DNA from: Myxococcales bacterium
Lineage (GTDB): Bacteria; Myxococcota_A; UBA9042; JABWCM01; BTVJ01
Assembly: GCA_045863395.1 (NCBI GenBank)
Contig: BTVJ01000084.1
Location: 1 to 33,077, forward strand
DNA length: 33,077 nucleotides
Direction of reading: 5' to 3'
Position 1 is the stretch's first letter, and each line of letters opens with the position of its first letter. The notes beneath the pieces are model-generated. The model was given only the letters and a program-made list of their open reading frames with translations, searched no databases and was not told the DNA's origin. Below, piece after piece: positions 31,670 to 33,077 of this stretch. The translations under genes and the position numbers were made by a program.

Positions 31670-33077
31670 ATGAAGACACGCACCACTCTCCTCGCCCTGC
31701 TCCTCGCCGCGGGCTGCGCATCCGACAAGCCCGGCACCGGCCCAGCGAGCGATCCGAACAACCAGATCACGGGAGCCATCTCCTTGGAGCGCTTCGCCTC
31801 CTGCGGCGAGGTGGAGTCCTACCTCAAGGATATGGCGGTCGAGCAGATCGAGCTGCAGTACGACGCGCTGAAGGCCGGCGACTGCTTCGGCTGGAGCTGC
31901 GGCGGCTGGCGCGGCGGCCCGGTCGCGGTGGACCTCGGCGGCGGCGAGGCGCCGAGCGGCGACGCCAACTTCGGCGGAGGGGGCGGCTCCGCAGGCGGCG
32001 CGGGCAGCTCCGGGGGCGGAGCGGGCGCCCCGACGGCCTCACCCCAGGGCCCGGGAGACTCCAAGGGCACCACAGAGGACGGCACGGACTACAGCACGAC
32101 GAACACCCAGGAGGCCGGCGTCGACGAGGCCGACTTCGTCAAGACCGACGGGGAGTACATCTACGTGCTCCGCGGCTCGCGCCTGATCATCGTGGACGCG
32201 CTGCCTGCGGCAGACGCCCACGAGGTCAGCGTGACGCCGGTGCTCGGGTCCCCGCAGGAGATGTTCCTCCGGGGGAGCCAGCTCGTGGTCTTCTCCACGG
32301 TCTGGCCGTGGGCGTCCGAGGGCATCCCGACCATCCCCAGCACGGAGGTCAAGTCCTACGACGGCCTGCTGGCGATCACCATCCTCGACGTGAGCGACCG
32401 CACGACCCCGAAGCTGGTGCGCCGCACCCTGGCGGAGGCGTCCTACGTCAGCGGGCGCGTGGTGGGCAACACCGCCCACGTCGTCGCGCGGACCAGCGTC
32501 GCGCTGCCGGGCCTCGACTATTACGGCTGGTACGGCGGCGACGTCGCGGTGGGCGGGTCCAGTGGACCGAGCGTCGGGGTGGCGGTGCCCGCACCGTCAG
32601 GCAACGCGACCGACCCCGCGCCTCCCGAGGAGGGCGGCGGGTCGGACGGCAGCCAGCCGAAGGGCGATGAGGCGGGCGCTGCAAGGCCCGACGAGATCTG
32701 GGAGCAGCCCACCCCCCAGACCAAGGAGGAGTGGCTGAAGTCCCTGGACGAGGCCAAGGCGAAGGCCATCGCCAAGGTGGAGGCCATGACCCTGGAGCAG
32801 CTCGTCCCCGCGGCCTGGCACGCCGGCGCGGACGGCGCCCTCGGCGAGGCCGGCCTGCTGACCGCCTGCACGGGAATGTACCACCCGACGGTGTTCTACG
32901 GCCCGAGCATGGTCACGATCATCACCATCGACCTGGACGCCCCCTCGGTCGCGCAGCCCAGCGCCGCCATCATCGGCAACGGCGACACGGTCTATGGCTC
33001 GTCCAACGCGCTCTACGTGGCCAGCGACCTCTTCAACGGCTGGTTCGGCATGTGGTCGGACGCCCAGGAGGACTGGC
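31670..33077 (+). CDS. Beta-propeller domain-containing lipoprotein; 3' truncated
   Basis: AAGGAGG RBS, MKTRTTLLALLLAAG-C lipobox, LERFASC, and DYSTTNTQEAGVDEADFVKTDGEYIY (signature of the Beta_propel family). The frame stays open to the window end, so it is missing from the ORF track. Confidence 0.9.
   Translation, partial: MKTRTTLLALLLAAGCASDKPGTGPASDPNNQITGAISLERFASCGEVESYLKDMAVEQIELQYDALKAGDCFGWSCGGWRGGPVAVDLGGGEAPSGDANFGGGGGSAGGAGSSGGGAGAPTASPQGPGDSKGTTEDGTDYSTTNTQEAGVDEADFVKTDGEYIYVLRGSRLIIVDALPAADAHEVSVTPVLGSPQEMFLRGSQLVVFSTVWPWASEGIPTIPSTEVKSYDGLLAITILDVSDRTTPKLVRRTLAEASYVSGRVVGNTAHVVARTSVALPGLDYYGWYGGDVAVGGSSGPSVGVAVPAPSGNATDPAPPEEGGGSDGSQPKGDEAGAARPDEIWEQPTPQTKEEWLKSLDEAKAKAIAKVEAMTLEQLVPAAWHAGADGALGEAGLLTACTGMYHPTVFYGPSMVTIITIDLDAPSVAQPSAAIIGNGDTVYGSSNALYVASDLFNGWFGMWSDAQEDW

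Noticed and set aside
31612..32670. 352-aa Arg-rich ORF
   Set aside because: It is an out-of-frame shadow of the beta-propeller lipoprotein gene that starts at 31670.

Overview
Very GC-rich bacterial chromosomal window, most consistent with a Myxococcota-like deltaproteobacterium (inferred from GC-skewed codons, many Cys/Gly-rich lipoproteins and the gene content). I can support 21 CDSs, two of them truncated by the window edges. I see no rRNA, tRNA, CRISPR array or clear mobile element. In order: the 3' end of a protein with a 9-aa repeat tail; a minus-strand run of DUF4178, a small GGK-tailed membrane protein, DUF350, a membrane-anchored polyamine aminopropyltransferase, ABC-F and a metallophosphoesterase; a divergent GNAT-like + tandem USP fusion; topB; a Gly/Cys-rich lipoprotein; an FtsH paralog translationally coupled to an 871-aa HEAT-repeat protein ending in a HEPN-like RNase motif (RNEAAH); a 1000-aa lipoprotein, can and tesB; two tandem paralogous multidomain surface lipoproteins sharing a 120-bp near-identical structured leader; a SnoaL-like protein; a secreted caspase with Tudor/chromo-barrel repeats; a hemerythrin-PAS protein behind an AT-rich palindrome; a PQQ sugar dehydrogenase; and a beta-propeller lipoprotein behind a sigma54-like promoter. 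The best candidates for undescribed biology are the FtsH/HEAT-HEPN pair, the GNAT-like-USP fusion facing the polyamine cluster, and the duplicated leader. All domain calls come from reading motifs by eye; no searches were run.
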